Source: the human T2T-CHM13v2.0 reference genome, Homo sapiens
Assembly: GCF_009914755.1 (NCBI RefSeq)
Contig: NC_060931.1
Reading direction: 5' to 3' (one strand)
DNA: 64,000 nt
In this document: positions 1-17,355 of the stretch, one piece after another
How positions within the stretch are numbered: the first letter of the stretch is position 1
Layout: every line of letters begins with the position of its first letter
Translations under genes and position numbers: made by a program
The notes under the pieces: generated by a model
The model's input: the letters and a program-made list of their open reading frames with translations, nothing else
What the model was told of the DNA's origin: nothing
The model's database searches: none

Positions 1-1159
1 AGCAGCAGAGTGACTCTAGGCAGAAACAAGGTGGTTTCTGATGATGGAGATGCAGAGAAAAACAGGATCCAAAGGCCAGACTTTAGCAGAAATCATGAGG
101 AAACTCTGGATTTGCAGAGGCCCAGGAAATTTTAAGACTAATTTACCTAAATATCCAAAGTCCAGTGAGGTCCCAAATTACAGTTGCATTGTCCATGCGT
201 AGTCATAATTCTGTGTCCTGAACAACGAGGTCTTTGGTGACAGACAAAGACTGTAGAAACCCAGTTTTCCTTATCTTTCTATTTGCAGCAGGTGAAACTA
301 CCCTACTCCTCTCTTTAAAACCTACTCCCTCATTACTGGCTCACAAATTCTAACAGTGTCAATTCGTTCTTAGATTTTAAGTTTCTTTTATTATCCACCT
401 TAAAATATATTTAAAATTAGAAAAGCAATAATCATTTCAAACAGGCAAGAAGGTTATAGAAGAAAATTACATTTGGAATCCTCAGAAATAATCACTGTTT
501 AAATTTATTTTGTATCTTTTCGGACATTGACCAAACATAACGTGTGCGTGTGTGTGTGAGATATATTTCTTTAAGCAAAGGTGTTCACATAATTCAAAGG
601 TCTGCAACTTCTTTTTTTCGTTTAACGACACATTTCCATATGAATACAGACATATAGACATCTCTTATTGTGTTTACTGTTTTTGTTGTGAAAAATTTCT
701 TATATATGTAAAAGAACATATAAAATGTATGTGAAAAAAAGTTTTTCCAAGCCTAGTTTTCTATATTCCAATTTTGTTAATTGTCCCCATTATGTGTTTA
801 CAGCATTTTGCCCTCAAAGGTATAGAATCCAGTCCAGGATCACATACTGTATTTAGTTTTCATGTCATTTTGTTCAACTTTAATCTGGAATAACTCCTTA
901 GCTTTTCTTGACATAAAGAATTTGATGAACATGGACCAGTTAGTCTATAAATATTCTTCAATCTGGGAATTTTTCGTTTGAGAAGACAAGTTAAAAATTT
1001 AGCAAGGGGCACATATTTGGTACCTGAGTAATTAGAAAAAGTGAAAATGGGGAATTGGATTACCAAGTAACAAATTCATAGAACTTAAAATACAGAGTAT
1101 GCTCATAACGATCCATTACATTGACGCCAAGAACTATCCTGTTTAATGACAAAGAGAAG

Positions 1160-1360
1160 GCTAACATTTATTGAGTGCCCGTTGTTTGTTAGAAACAGTG
1201 ATAAAGATTTATTTCCATTATTCCTCCTAGCAACAGAACGAGGCAGCTACTACTGCTTCCATTTTACAATGTAGGAACCTAGGATTGATGTGGTTAATTG
1301 ACTTTCCCCAGATCACACAGCCAATAAGCGGTGGAGCTGGCCCTCAAATTCATGTTTCCA
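1160..1360 (-). mobile_element. MIR SINE fragment
   Basis: Resembles the reverse MIR core: 'gctaacatttattgagtgcc...ccattttacaatgtaggaacctagg...gactttccccagatcacacagccaataag'. Confidence 0.75.
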
Positions 1361-1992
1361 ACTTTCATTTTCCATTAAACTGTGGCCTCTAAAATGCTTT
1401 TCCTCTGGCACAGTTGTTATGGGCTGTTAATCCTTGAAACAAACACTACTCAGAATTTTCTGGGAAATAATTGGTCCCAAATACAGTCATTCTCAGCTGC
1501 ATTTGACTTACCATCAATAGATCATAACTTCTTTTGCCACTTGGCCTCCAAGATAATCTTGTCTGGTAGTTATCCTCATTTCCCTGATCACGATATGTAG
1601 GTGGGACCCAGGGTCAACCTTGGATTTCTGCTCTTATGTATTCTCACTTGCTCTTGTTGCTCCCATCTGGTCTCATGGATTTACATATGATCTATGTGCT
1701 CACAAGTCCCAGCTTTACCTCAGACTACTCCCTTGAACTCCTGAGTATATCCAAGTGTCAAATAAACATTTCTACTTTGATAGAGGAGAGGCAGCTCAAC
1801 CTGGCATGTCCAAAAATGAACTCCAAATTCTGTCCACCTCAAATTTGTTTTTCTCATAGTCTTCCTAAGAATATGACAACCCCAATTTTTTAATTGCTCA
1901 GTTACAAACTTTTGAGTTACCACTGACTCTTTCTATTACAACCCTCTTTCAATCCATAAGCAGCCCCACCTTAAAAATACATACCCAGAGGT

Positions 1993-2282
1993 GACCGGGT
2001 GCAGTGGCTCATGCCTGTAAGCCCAGCACTTTGGGAGGCCAAGGTGTGAGGACTGCTTGAGCTCAGGAGTTCAAGACCAGGCTGGGCAACATGGTAAAAC
2101 CCCATCTCTACCAAAAATACAAAAATTATCTGGGTGTGGTGGCACATGCCTGTAGTCCAGGCTACTCAGGAGGCTAAGGTGGCAGGATCACTTGAGCCCA
2201 GGAGGTTGAGACTGCAGTGAGCCATGATCACACCACTTCACTACAGCCTATTGAGACCCTGTCTCAAATATATATATATATA
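1993..2282 (+). mobile_element. AluJ-type SINE with (TA)n tail
   Basis: Alu dimer; J-type 'cttgagcccaggaggttgagactgcagtgagccatgatc'. Confidence 0.9.
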
Positions 2283-2841
2283 TCTAATCTCCCACTGTTT
2301 TCCCCCTGCTTCTGCCTTTGTGTTATAGAACCAAACTGGGGCCCGCTTGCTTGGCACACTAAGACCAAATATCCACACCGAATTTGCAGCAGTACAAAAA
2401 AAGGTGTTTATTTGCAGGGTGCCAAGCAAGGAGGACTAGGCAGCTAATGACCAAATCTTGACCTCCCCCTGGCTTACAGGTAAGAGATTTTAAAGGCACA
2501 GGTAAAATTCAAGAAAGCAGAAGTTGTAGGCAAAATTGTAAATCAATACATGGAGCTTATACATTTGTTTTGGCCTAAAAGTGCAAGATACCTTGAAGGG
2601 GGAAGGCTTACAGGTCATAGGCCGATTCAAAGATTTTTCTGATTTACAATTGGTAAAGGAAGAGAAATTTTGTTCAAAAATTTGGGATTAACAGAAAAGA
2701 ATACTAGCTCAGGCTGAGGAGAGTGGGTGATTCCCTCCAGGACCCTCAGGAAGAAATTTAATAACAAAGAACAATGGTCAGAGTTCAGCCTTCAGTTCTC
2801 TCTTATCTGAGGTCTACCTGCCAGTGAATCCATTTGAAGCC

Positions 2842-3198
2842 TGTATTCATCCATTCTCACACCACTATAAAGAACTGCTGGAGACTGGGTGATTTAAAAG
2901 AAAAGAGGCTTAACTGACTCACAGTTTCACATGTCTGGCGATGCCTCAGGAAATTTACAATCACAGTGTAAGTCCAAGGGGAAGCAAGTACCTTCTTCAC
3001 AAGGTGGCAGGAGAGAGAACCACGAAGGAAGAACTTCCGAACACTTATAGAACCATCAGATCTCATGAGAACTCACTCACTATCACAAGAACAGCATGGG
3101 GTAACCACCCCCATGGTCCAATCACCCCTCTCCCTCAACAAGTGGGGATTACAATTTGAGATGAGATTTGGGTGGGGACGCAGAGCCAGGCCATATCA
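2842..3198 (-). mobile_element. MaLR LTR (MSTA/THE1D type)
   Basis: Ends 'gagatttgggtggggacgcagagccaggccatatca', the reverse complement of the THE1/MST 5' end. Confidence 0.9.
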
Positions 3199-3253
3199 GT
3201 GGGGGTCCAGGTTTCTGAAAAACAACTCAGGACATCTTTTAAGATGTTATCTT

Positions 3254-3394
3254 GGCCAGACATAGTGGCTCACACCTGTAATCCCAGCACCTTTGGAGGC
3301 CAAGGGGGCAGATGCAGGAGTTCGAGACTAGTCTGGGCAACACAGGGAGACCTTGCCTCTATAAAAAAAATAAAGAAAGTAAGTAAGGAAAAAA
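3254..3394 (+). mobile_element. FLAM / Alu left monomer
   Basis: Monomer with A-rich tail; TSD aagatgttatctt (3241-3253) / aagatattatctt (3395-3407). Confidence 0.85.
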
Positions 3395-4769
3395 AAGATA
3401 TTATCTTTAGTTTCTATAGGAGAATAAAAATTCTCCTGACTCTAACTTTCTTGGCTATTGTTTTAGGTTACTATTACCTCCTTGCTTATAATGTTGCTTC
3501 TTTACTTCCAGGGTTAGCTAGGTGTCTGCCATTTCCCTTCAAAGAACTCAAGGTTTCCTTTTATTTCCATGCTTGGGGGCCAGAGGCCCCTACAAAAGGG
3601 TTCCTGCACCATCTTATTTGCTTGTCTTTAATCTGTCCCTACCACAGTTGCCAAAATGATCCAGAAACGTAAGTCAGATCATGTTCTTTGCCTGCTGGTG
3701 GCAACTCCTACTCTTTTTGCTGCCCATAGTCCTCCAGACTTGGCCACTTTGCTGTATCTAGAACATGCTAGGCACACTCCTGCCTCACACCTTTGCACGT
3801 GCTGCTCTCGCTACCTGGAGTTCTCTTCCTTCAGAAACCCACAGGGCTCACATCTCACCTCTTTCAGGTCACCTCCTTATTGAGGTCTTCCCTGAATACC
3901 CTGTGCAAAATGCCCCACCCTCCAAGCACTCTATTCCTCCTTGCTTTATTTTTCTTCCAATCATTTAGCATTATTTAACATACTATATTATACATACAGT
4001 GATTTTTAATTTTATTGTACTTTGGTCTGTCTCCCCCTTTAGGATGAAAGGTCCAGACGCAAGAATTTTTATCTGTTCTGTTCAGTGCCGTGTTCCAAGT
4101 GCCTAAAACTGCCTGGCACACAGTAGGTGCTCAATAACTATTTGTTAAAAGAATGTACAAATGCCTGAAGGAATTCTTTAGCCAACTCAGCTAATTTTTT
4201 TTTTAAAGAACATTCATTTATCAGAGGCAGTTCCAAGTATCTGTCTGTCCAAGTATCAAGCTTAAGAAAGTTTGAACTTCTTTCTTTTGAATAGGCTGAG
4301 AATTATATGCAGATACAGATGAATTGCATAATTTCTTATTATAAAAGTAACACAATTATTGTAGGAAATGTGGAAAATGCAGAAAATGAAAATAAAATTA
4401 ACTTGTAATTCAGCCACCCAGAGACTGGTAATATTTTGGTATGCTTCTTTCCAGACTTATTTAATTTCAATGATATTTTATGTTCAAGTTTCCTTATCCC
4501 CATGACAAGGAATGGAACAAACAAACTGAGAACTGTGGTTTCACGCTTCTAGCAAAATACCATCCTCACAGTTCACTAACAGCCACAAGCACTTGCATGG
4601 AATTTTTGGGCGCTACTATCTTCCTTTTCCAAGAAAGCATGCAATAATTTGGATATTTAGGTTACCCAAACTTCCACAGAAGGATCTCCTTCTAAAGTGA
4701 CCTCAGAATTCCCAGAAAACTAAATATTTGGAACTTGAGATATTCAAGTTGATTAATATTATCACAAAC

Positions 4770-5260
<491 letters not shown>

Positions 5261-5599
5261 TTACAAACGGCAGCAAAAGTGTAAAAAATAACATTGTAAT
5301 TTAAATGTGAGAAAAGAAAAATAGCTCAGAGCAGAGAGAGATATGTGAGGTATGAAAAATGTATCAGCCCTACGGAGACCTGGGTATGAGACTTCAGTCA
5401 TGCCCCTGTCCCAACCTATGTCTGGGGCAATTATTTAAAGGCATTTTTTTTCTGACTAGCTGCCTCACCCATTATCCTCATGCTCCTGGAACATGTGATA
5501 CAAAGAATATCACAAACAATGTGTAACCAATCAATAGCTTATGTTATTTTAATGTAAATTCTTGGTGAACAACTTAGGAACTGCCTCTTCTTTGCTTGC

Positions 5600-5601
5600 A
5601 T

Positions 5602-5640
<39 letters not shown>

Positions 5641-5936
5641 TATTGAGACAGGGTCTCACTTTGTCATCCAGGCTGGAGTGCAATGGCACCAGCAGTGCTC
5701 ACTGCAACTACGCCACTGCAACCTCCACCACTCAGGCTGAGGAGATTCTCCCACCTCAGCCTCCGGAAGCTGGGACTACAGGCGTACCACCACACCCAGC
5801 TAATTTTTGTATTTTTAGCAGGGACAGGGTTTCGCCATGTTGCCCAGGGTGGTCTCTAACTCCTGAACTCAAATGATACTCCTGCCTCAGCCTCCCAAAC
5901 CGTTGAGTTTACAGGCGTGAGCTACCATGTCTGGTC
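5600..5936 (-). mobile_element. AluJ-type SINE with (TTTA)n tail
   Basis: Reverse Alu dimer with a small internal duplication of 'cactgcaac'. Confidence 0.88.
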
Positions 5937-6048
5937 TTTTTTCTTTTAAAAACCCACTTATAACTGCTGCTGATTAGAATGTACATTCAGGACAATTTGA
6001 ATAATTGGCTCAAATAAACCATCTACTTACATTAATTTTGCCTCAGGG

Positions 6049-7112
<1,064 letters not shown>

Positions 7113-7158
7113 CAGGTTTTTTTTTTTCTCCTTTAGGTTTCCTTTAGGGCAGTCATGA

Positions 7159-7661
<503 letters not shown>

Positions 7662-8689
7662 AACATAAAAGATTTTTTAAATATCAATTTAAAAAATGCC
7701 ATGCTAAATTTATTAGATGCTGTTGTGAGTGCTTTTATATATGTTAATACAGATACAGCAATATATAGTAGAGAATGCCCAGGTGGAGAGTCAAGAAAAC
7801 TGTGTCCCCATTCAGTCTGTTGGTAACCAAATATGACATTGGCTAAATCAGTTTCCTCATCTGCTGGATAGGAAGATACCTAAGGTCTCTCCCAGCTCCA
7901 AAATTCCATGAACTTTGACCCTTGCAGTGATAAATGCAGTTTCTGATGAAACATTTGTTGAGAAGAGGAATTGAGTCAATCATTAGCTTAATCTACACTC
8001 GCCTTTAAAAAATAAGTTTCAGTTCTCTGTGCTGTAGGATAATGTTTGCAATTTATGAAATCATTAACGGTTGTTTACAGTTTAGAGTATAACAATACTC
8101 TTTGATGTTTCCTAATTATCATGCAAGTTTTCAAATGAGTTCTGAACCACTTTTCTGCCTAATTAAACCTCATTGAAAATTTTTTGAATTTTAAAGAAAC
8201 ATTTGATTTGCAAAAATAAGTCATATATTCAGTAACTTTTGGTATTTCACAAAGGACCCATAAAACATTTTAACACACGATAAGGTACTGTGAATAAGAT
8301 ATGCCTTGAACTAAATAGGAGAAAATTTGGAAAGTATAATTTTTCAGACTACTCTTTTTGCTCACAAATTCCTGCTGATAGCTTTTTTTCCTGCTATTTT
8401 TAACAGCCATTTGCTCTCCTATTTGAAAGTCTATGAAATATCTATAAACCCTAAAAATTAATTAAATTGCTTAGGAAATTGCGAATAAATCATTATGTGG
8501 TAATGTCAACTAGTCAAAGTCACCCTAAAAAGTGGTAAATTAAAAATAGAGATGTGTTTTTATACAAGGACAAAGTTAATTCAACATTTATCTCTTCTTA
8601 CTTATAGCCATTTATTTGAGGATGTGTACTCTGGATAATGTCTTAAAGTTGGTAAGCCTGACTTATACATCATTGGTATACGTAAATTC

Positions 8690-8909
8690 ATGGAAATATA
8701 CTCTTCACTTCTAAGAATTTATCCTACAGATTTAATTACATAAGTGTGCAAAAGTAGGTGCTCATTTAAACATTATTTATATTAACAAAACACTGAAAAT
8801 AACTTCTATACACATAAATGGAGCAGGGAATAGACAGATTAAATTAAGGTGCATTCATACAAAACAATAAAATGGAAATGTTAAAAAGATTTATGTACTA
8901 ATGGAAAAT
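8690..8909 (+). mobile_element. Old L1 (L1M/L1ME) 3' fragment
   Basis: 'cacttctaagaatttatcctacaga' resembles L1 ORF2-end/3' UTR; the sequence appears to continue after the LTR8. Confidence 0.55.
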
Positions 8910-9643
8910 TGTAACTGTCCAACAGGTTCTCCAGTTTGTAACCCCACAACAGGGTCTCTTGCCCACTGCCCAGACAGAGCCGATTTATCAAGACAGGGCA
9001 ATTGCAATAGAGAAAGAGTTTAATTCACGCAGAGGGGGCTATACGGGAGACTAGAGCTTTATTATTACTCAAATCAGTCTCCCTGAGAATTTGGGGATCA
9101 GAGTTTTTCAGGATAATGTGGTAGGTAGGGAGCCGGTGAGTTGGGAGTGCTGATTGGTTGGCACTGAGATGAAATCACAGGGAGAGGAAGCTGCTCTCTT
9201 CTGCTGAGTCAGTTCCTGGTGGAAGCCTCGGGACTGGTTGGCAGGTCCATGTGGGGTTGTCCAGTAGTCAGAAATGCAAAAACCTGAAAAGACATCTCGA
9301 AAGGCCAATCTTAGGATCTACAATAGCGATGTTATTTTCCAGAGTAATTGGGGAAGTTGCAAATCTTATAACCTCCAAATAATGGCTGGTAATGATTTAG
9401 AATTCAGGCCCCTCTCATGCTAACTTGGTGATCTTTTGTTAGTTTTACAAGCACAGTTTAGTTTGAGGGAAGGGCTATTATTTAAACTATAAACTAAATT
9501 TCTCCTAAAGTTAGGTTGGCTCATGCCCAGCAATGAGCAAAGACAGGAAACTTGTGAGGCTTGAGACAAGATGGAGTCAGCCATGTCAGATTTCTTTTAC
9601 TGTTATAATTTCCTCAGTTATAATTTCTGCAAAAGTAGTTTCA
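8910..9643 (-). mobile_element. ERV1 solo LTR, LTR8 family
   Basis: tg...ca termini; perfect 4-bp TSD 'aaat'; reverse start 'tgaaactacttttgcagaaattataactgaggaaattataacag' fits LTR8. Confidence 0.85.
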
Positions 9644-10556
9644 AAATAATCTCTAAAATATTTTACCAAGTGTTTACCATAGTGCAAACACTATGTTCCC
9701 ATTGTAAACAAATGGCTTTTACCTGAATGCGTACATTATCTCTGTAAGGCTATGCAAGGTATCCATAGTGATAGTCACCTCATTTAAATAATTTTTATTT
9801 AATATATTTTATCTTTTGAGCAGTTTAGGATTCAAAGCAAAATTGAGAGGAAAGTACAGAGATTTCCCATTTACTCCCTGCCTCTCATACATGCATAACA
9901 TCCCTATTATAATATCCCCACCAGAGTGGTACATTTGTTACAACTGCTGAGCCTACATTAATATCATTATCACCCAAAGTCAATAGTTTACATTAGGGTT
10001 CATTCTTGGTATTATATATTCTATGGGTTTGTACATATTAATAATGACATGTATCCACCATTATTGCATTGTACACAGTATTTTCACTGTCCTAAAAATT
10101 CTCTGTGCCCACCTGTTCATCTCTCCCTATCCTCCTGGCCCGTGACAATCACTCATCTTTTAACTGTCTTCATAGTTTTGCATTTTTGAGAATGACATAT
10201 AGTTGGAATTATATAGTATGTAGGCTTTTCAGATTGACTTCTTTCACTTAGAAATATGCATTTAAGTTTCCTCTGTGTCTTTTCAAGGCTCGATAGCACA
10301 TTACTTTTTAGCACTGAATAATATTCCATTGTCTAAATGTACCATAGTTTATTCTTTCACCTACTGAAGGGCATCTTGGTTGCTTTCAAGTTTTTACAAT
10401 TATGAATAAAGTGGCTATAAACATCTGTGTGCAGATTTTTGCATGGACATAGGTTTTCAACTCCTTGGTAAATACCATTGAGTGTGATTGCTGGATCATA
10501 TGGTAAACCATAGGGTGTTTAGTTTTATAACAACCTGTCTTCCAAAGTGGCCATAA

Positions 10557-10914
<358 letters not shown>

Positions 10915-11803
10915 AACCATCTTGCATTCTAACGAGCAATGAGTAAGAGTTCCTGTTGCTCCATATCCTCACCAGCATTTGGTTTTCAGTGTTTTCAATT
11001 TTGACCATTCTAATAGGTGTGTAGTGATATCTCATTGTTGTTGTAATTTGTATTTCCTTGATGACATGATGTGGAAAATCTTTTCATATGCTTATTTGCT
11101 ATCTGTATTTCATCTTTGGTGAGATGAAGGGTCTGTTATGGCCTTTGACCCATTTTTTAGTCCATTTGTTTATGTTATTACTGATGAATTTCAAGAGTTC
11201 TTCATATGTTTTAGATAACAGTTCTTTATATGTCTTTCACAAATATTTTCTCCTACTCTATAACTTGTCTTTTCATTCTCTTGACAGTGTCTTTGCAAGC
11301 AGAAATTTTTAAAATTTTAATAAAATTCAGCTTCTCTATTCTTTCTTTTATGGATCATGCTTTTGGTGTTGCATCAAAAAAGTCATCACCAAATCCAAGG
11401 AGATCTAGATTTTCTCCTAGGTTATCTTCTAGGAGTCTTATAGTTTTACATTTTACATTTAGATCTGTGATCCATTTTGCGTTAAGTCTTGTGAAGGCTG
11501 TATCTAGATTCAATTTTTCATGTATATGTCCATTTGTTCCAGCATCATTTGTTAAAAGACTATCTTTGCTGCATTGTATTGCTTTTACTCCTTTGTCCAA
11601 GATCAGTTGACTATAGTTATGTGGGTTTTTCTTCTGGGCTCTCTATCCTGTTCCATTTTGTCTATTATTTTGTCAATACCACACTGTCTGGATTACCGTA
11701 GCTTTATAGTAAGTGTTGAAGCCAGTGTCAGTCTTTCAATTTTGCTGCTCTTCAATTTTGTGGCTATTTGGTCTTTTGCTGCTCTACATAAACTTTAGAA
11801 TTG

Positions 11804-12016
11804 GTTTGTTAATATCCACAAAATAACCTCCTGGGATTTTAATTGAGATTGTACTGAATCTGTAGATCAAATTGGAAAGAACTGATATTTTCATAATCAT
11901 TTAGTTTGTTACTAGTAGTAATTATTTAGTTTGTTAATATCCACAAAATAACTTGCTAGGATTTTAATTGAGATTGTATTGAATCTATAGATCAAATGGG
12001 AAAGAACTGATATTTT
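11804..12016. repeat. About 88-bp direct duplication within L1 (period 125)
   Basis: 'gtttgttaatatccacaaaataac...gaactgatatttt' at 11804 and 11929. Confidence 0.9.
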
Positions 12017-13649
12017 AGTAATACTGAGTCTTCCTATCCATGAACATGGAATATCTTTGCAATTATTTAGTTCTTCTTTGTTTTCATCAGAATTTTGTAG
12101 TTCTCTCATCTGTATCTTGTAAATATTATATTAGATTTATATGTAAATAATTCACTTCTGGGGTGCTAATGTATATGGTATTGTGTTTTTAATTTCAGTT
12201 TCTATTTGTTCACTGCTGTTATAACATAGCAATCGAATTTTTTTGTATTAATGTTGCATCCTGTAACCTGGTTATAATGGCTTATTAGTTCCAGGAGGTT
12301 GTAGGTTGATTCCTTTGGATTTTCTATATGAACAAATCATGTCACCTGTGAAGAAAGAATTTTTATAATTTTCTCTTCAATCTTTGTACTTTTCCACATC
12401 TTATTGCATTAGCTAATACTTCTAGTACGATGTTAAAAAGCAGTGGTGAGGCGGGAACATTTTGATCTTAGTGGGAAAGCATTGAGTTTCTCACCATTAA
12501 GTATAATGTTAGCTGTAGGGTTTTTTTTATTTTTTAATAAGGTTTTTTACAGATTGTCTGTATCAAGTTGAGGAAGTCCTCCTCTATTCCTAGTTTATTG
12601 AATATTTTTGTTATGAATGGGTGTTGAAGTTTGTCAGATGCTTCTTTTGCATCTATTGATATAATCATGTAATTTTTGCCTGTTGATATTTTGGATTATA
12701 TTAATTGATTTTTGAAAGTTGATCCAGAATTATGTGCCTGGGATAAATCCCACTTGGTCAGGATACATAATTTTTTTATACATTGTTGGATTAAATTTAC
12801 TATTTTGTTGAGGATTTTGCATCTATTTTCATGAGAGATATCGATCTGTAGTTTTTTGTTTTTGTAATATCTATGTCTGGTTTTGGTTTAGGGCAAACCT
12901 GGCCTCATAGAAAGAGTTTGGAAGTATTGCCTCTGCTATTATCTTCTGAAAAAGATTGTCCAAAGTTGGTATAAATTCTTTCTTAAATGTTTTATGGAAT
13001 TCACCAAAGAACCCATCTGAGACTAGTGCTTTCTGTTTTGGAACATTATTAATTATTAATTTAATTTTTAAAATAAATATCAGCCTATTCAGATTTTATA
13101 TTTCTTCTTATGTGAGTTTTGGCAGATTGTATCATTCAGGGACTTGGTTTATTTCTTCTAGGTTTTGTGGGCATAGTTGTTTATGGTATTTCTTTATTAT
13201 CTGTTTAATGTCCATGGAATCTGTAGTGATATCCCCTCTATGAATTACAGTAATTTCTGTCATCTGTTTTTTTTTTCTTAACTTGGGTAGAGGCTTACTA
13301 ATTTGATATTAGTTACTTGTATTCTGTCTTATTTTTGTTGTTTGTTTGTTTGTTTTTTAGTTAGCCTGGTGAGAGGCTATTTGATTTTATCATCTTTTCA
13401 AAGCAAAAGCTTTGGTTTTCTTGGTTTTCTCTATTAATTTCCTGTTCTCAAGTTTATCAATTTTTGCTCTAATTTTTATTCTTCTGCTTACATTGGAATT
13501 AATTTGCTCCTCCTTTTCTTTTTTTTCCCACACAATATTACACATAAAGGGTTAATATTATTATTATTTTTTAACATCTTTATGTAAATCTTTATGTGGA
13601 TCAGCTCTGTGTTTAGCATACATAGATCAAATATTTACAAGTATTTAAA

Positions 13650-14020
13650 TTTTTTTATTATACTTTAAGTTCTAGGGTACATGTGCACACGTGCAGGTTT
13701 GTTACATAGGTATACATGTGCCATACTGGTTTGCTGCACCCATCAACTCATCATTTACATTAGGTGATTCTCCTAATGCTATCCCTCCCCCAGCCCCCCA
13801 TCTCCTGACAGGCCCTGGTGTGTGATGTTCCCCACCCTGTGTCCAAGTGTTCTCATTGTTCAATTCCCACCTATGAGTGAGAACATGCGGTGTTTGGTTT
13901 TCTGTCCTTGTGATAGTTTGCTGAGAATGATGGTTTCCAGCTTCATCCATGTCCCTGCAAAGGATATGAACTCATCCTTTTTTATGGCTGCATAGTATTC
14001 CATGGTGTATATATTCCACA
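13650..14020 (-). mobile_element. 5'-truncated L1PA (PA4-PA7 type) 3' end
   Basis: 'ttattatactttaagttctagggtacatgtgcac...' is the L1PA 3' terminus; ORF2 C-terminal peptide TMEYYAAIKKDEF...MKLETIILSKL. Confidence 0.93.
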
Positions 14021-14860
14021 TTTCCTTTTCCAGTTTCCTAAGGTAGAAGCTTGAGCGACTGATGTTAGATCTTCCTTCTTTTCTAATATATGCATTCAAT
14101 GCTATAAATTTTCCTCTAAGTACTACTTTCACTGCATGCACAAAATTTTGATAATTTGTGTTTTCATTTTCATTTGGTTCAAAGTATTTTTAAACTTTCT
14201 CTTGAGTTTTCTTTGACTCGTGTTATTTAGAGTTATGTTGCTTAATCTCCAAGTATTTAGGGATTTTTCAGCTTTCTGTTATTAATTTATCATTTAATTC
14301 CATTTTGGTATGAGAGCAGACATTGTATGATTTCCATCCTTTTAAATTTGTTAAGATGTGTTTTATGGTCCAGAGTATGGCCTATTTTGGTGAATGTTCC
14401 ATGTGAGCTTGCAAAAAAGTACATTTTGCTGTTGTTGGATGAAATAGCCTATAGATGTTCATTATATGCACTTGATTGATTGTGTTGTTGAATTCAACTA
14501 TGTTCTTAACTGATTTTCTGCCTGTTGGATCTGTCCATTTCTGATAGAGGAGTGTGGAAGTCTCCAATGATAACAGTGGATTTATCCACTTCTTGCAGTT
14601 CTATCGGTTTTTGATGCAAGTATTTTGATGCAATGTTGTCAGGCACATACACATTAAAGATTATTATGTCTTCTTGGAGAATTGACTTCTATAACGTTAT
14701 GTAATGACCCTCTTTATTCTCGATAGATTTCTGTGACTTGAAGTTTACTCTATCTGAAAGTAATGGAGCTACTCTGCTTTCTTTGGATTACTGTTAGAAT
14801 GATACATCTTTCTCCATCCATTTTCTTTTAATCTATATGTGTCTTTATATTTAACATGAG

Positions 14861-15870
<1,010 letters not shown>

Positions 15871-16559
15871 TAACTTAATAAAGTGAGTTTCTTGTAGACA
15901 ACATATAGTCGAATCTTGTTTCTTGATTCACTTTGACAATCTCTGTCTTTTAATTAGTATATTCAGGCGATTAATGTTTGAAGTGATTATTGATATAGTT
16001 GAATTAATATCCACCATATTTGTTAGTATTTCCTATATGTTGGCTTTGTTCTTTGTTTCTATTTTGTCTTCCACTCTTCTTCTGCCTTTTATGGTTTTAA
16101 TTGAGCATTTTGTATAATCCCACTTTCTTTCCTTTATTAGCATATTAGTTATACTTCTTTTTTTTTTTAACTTTTTTTAGTGGTTGCCCTCAAGTCTGTA
16201 ATATGAATTTACAACTAAATGTGTATTTATATCTCCAAGCCTACTTTCAAATAACACTCTACAGCTTCTCTGATTGTGTAAGTGCTTTATAATAACAAAA
16301 TAATCCTAATTCTTTCCTCCCTTCCCTTGTATCATTGCTGTCATTCATTTTGCTTTTACATGAGTATAATAAAGATATGTGTATATATATGCAGAAGTAT
16401 ACATAATTGAAGACATTTTTGCTATTATTATTTGAGAAAATTCTTATCTGTTAGATCAATTAAAAATAAGAAAAATAAAAGTTTTTATTTTACCTTCACT
16501 TGTTTCTTTTCCAATGCTTTTTTTCTTTGTGTAGATCGAGTTTCTGACATTTATCATTT

Positions 16560-16716
16560 TCTTCCTTCCTTCCTTCCTTCTTTCCTTCTTTCTTAAATTG
16601 AGACAGAATCTCACTATGTTGCCCAGGCTAGTCTTGAACTCCTGAGCTGAAGCAATTCTCCTACCTCAGCCCCACGAAGTACTGGGATAACAGGTGTGAG
16701 CCACCATGCCAAGCCT
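16560..16716 (-). mobile_element. FLAM / Alu monomer with (TTCC)n tail
   Basis: Reverse Alu left monomer. Confidence 0.8.
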
Positions 16717-16741
16717 GTTTTATTTTTAAGAATTACTGTTG

Positions 16742-17043
<302 letters not shown>

Positions 17044-17051
17044 TTACTTTT

Positions 17052-17355
<304 letters not shown>

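Larger units (their letters stand above)
2321..3616 (-). mobile_element. ERV1 solo LTR (MER31/MER67-like), interrupted by a MaLR LTR and a FLAM
   Basis: Begins 'tgtta', ends 'tctta'; 4-bp TSD 'tttg' on both sides; sequence resembles the MER31 group as recalled. Confidence 0.65.
1490..4155 (+). mobile_element. L2 LINE 3' portion, interrupted by an AluJ and an ERV1 LTR
   Basis: L2 motif 'catgtccaaaaatgaactc' near 1805; L2 3' terminus 'cctggcacacagtaggtgctcaataactatttgtt' near 4110-4150. Confidence 0.75.

Noticed and set aside
3172-3672. Longest ORF (166 aa)
   Set aside because: It runs across MST LTR, ERV1 LTR and FLAM pieces; it is a chance open frame with a non-ATG start.
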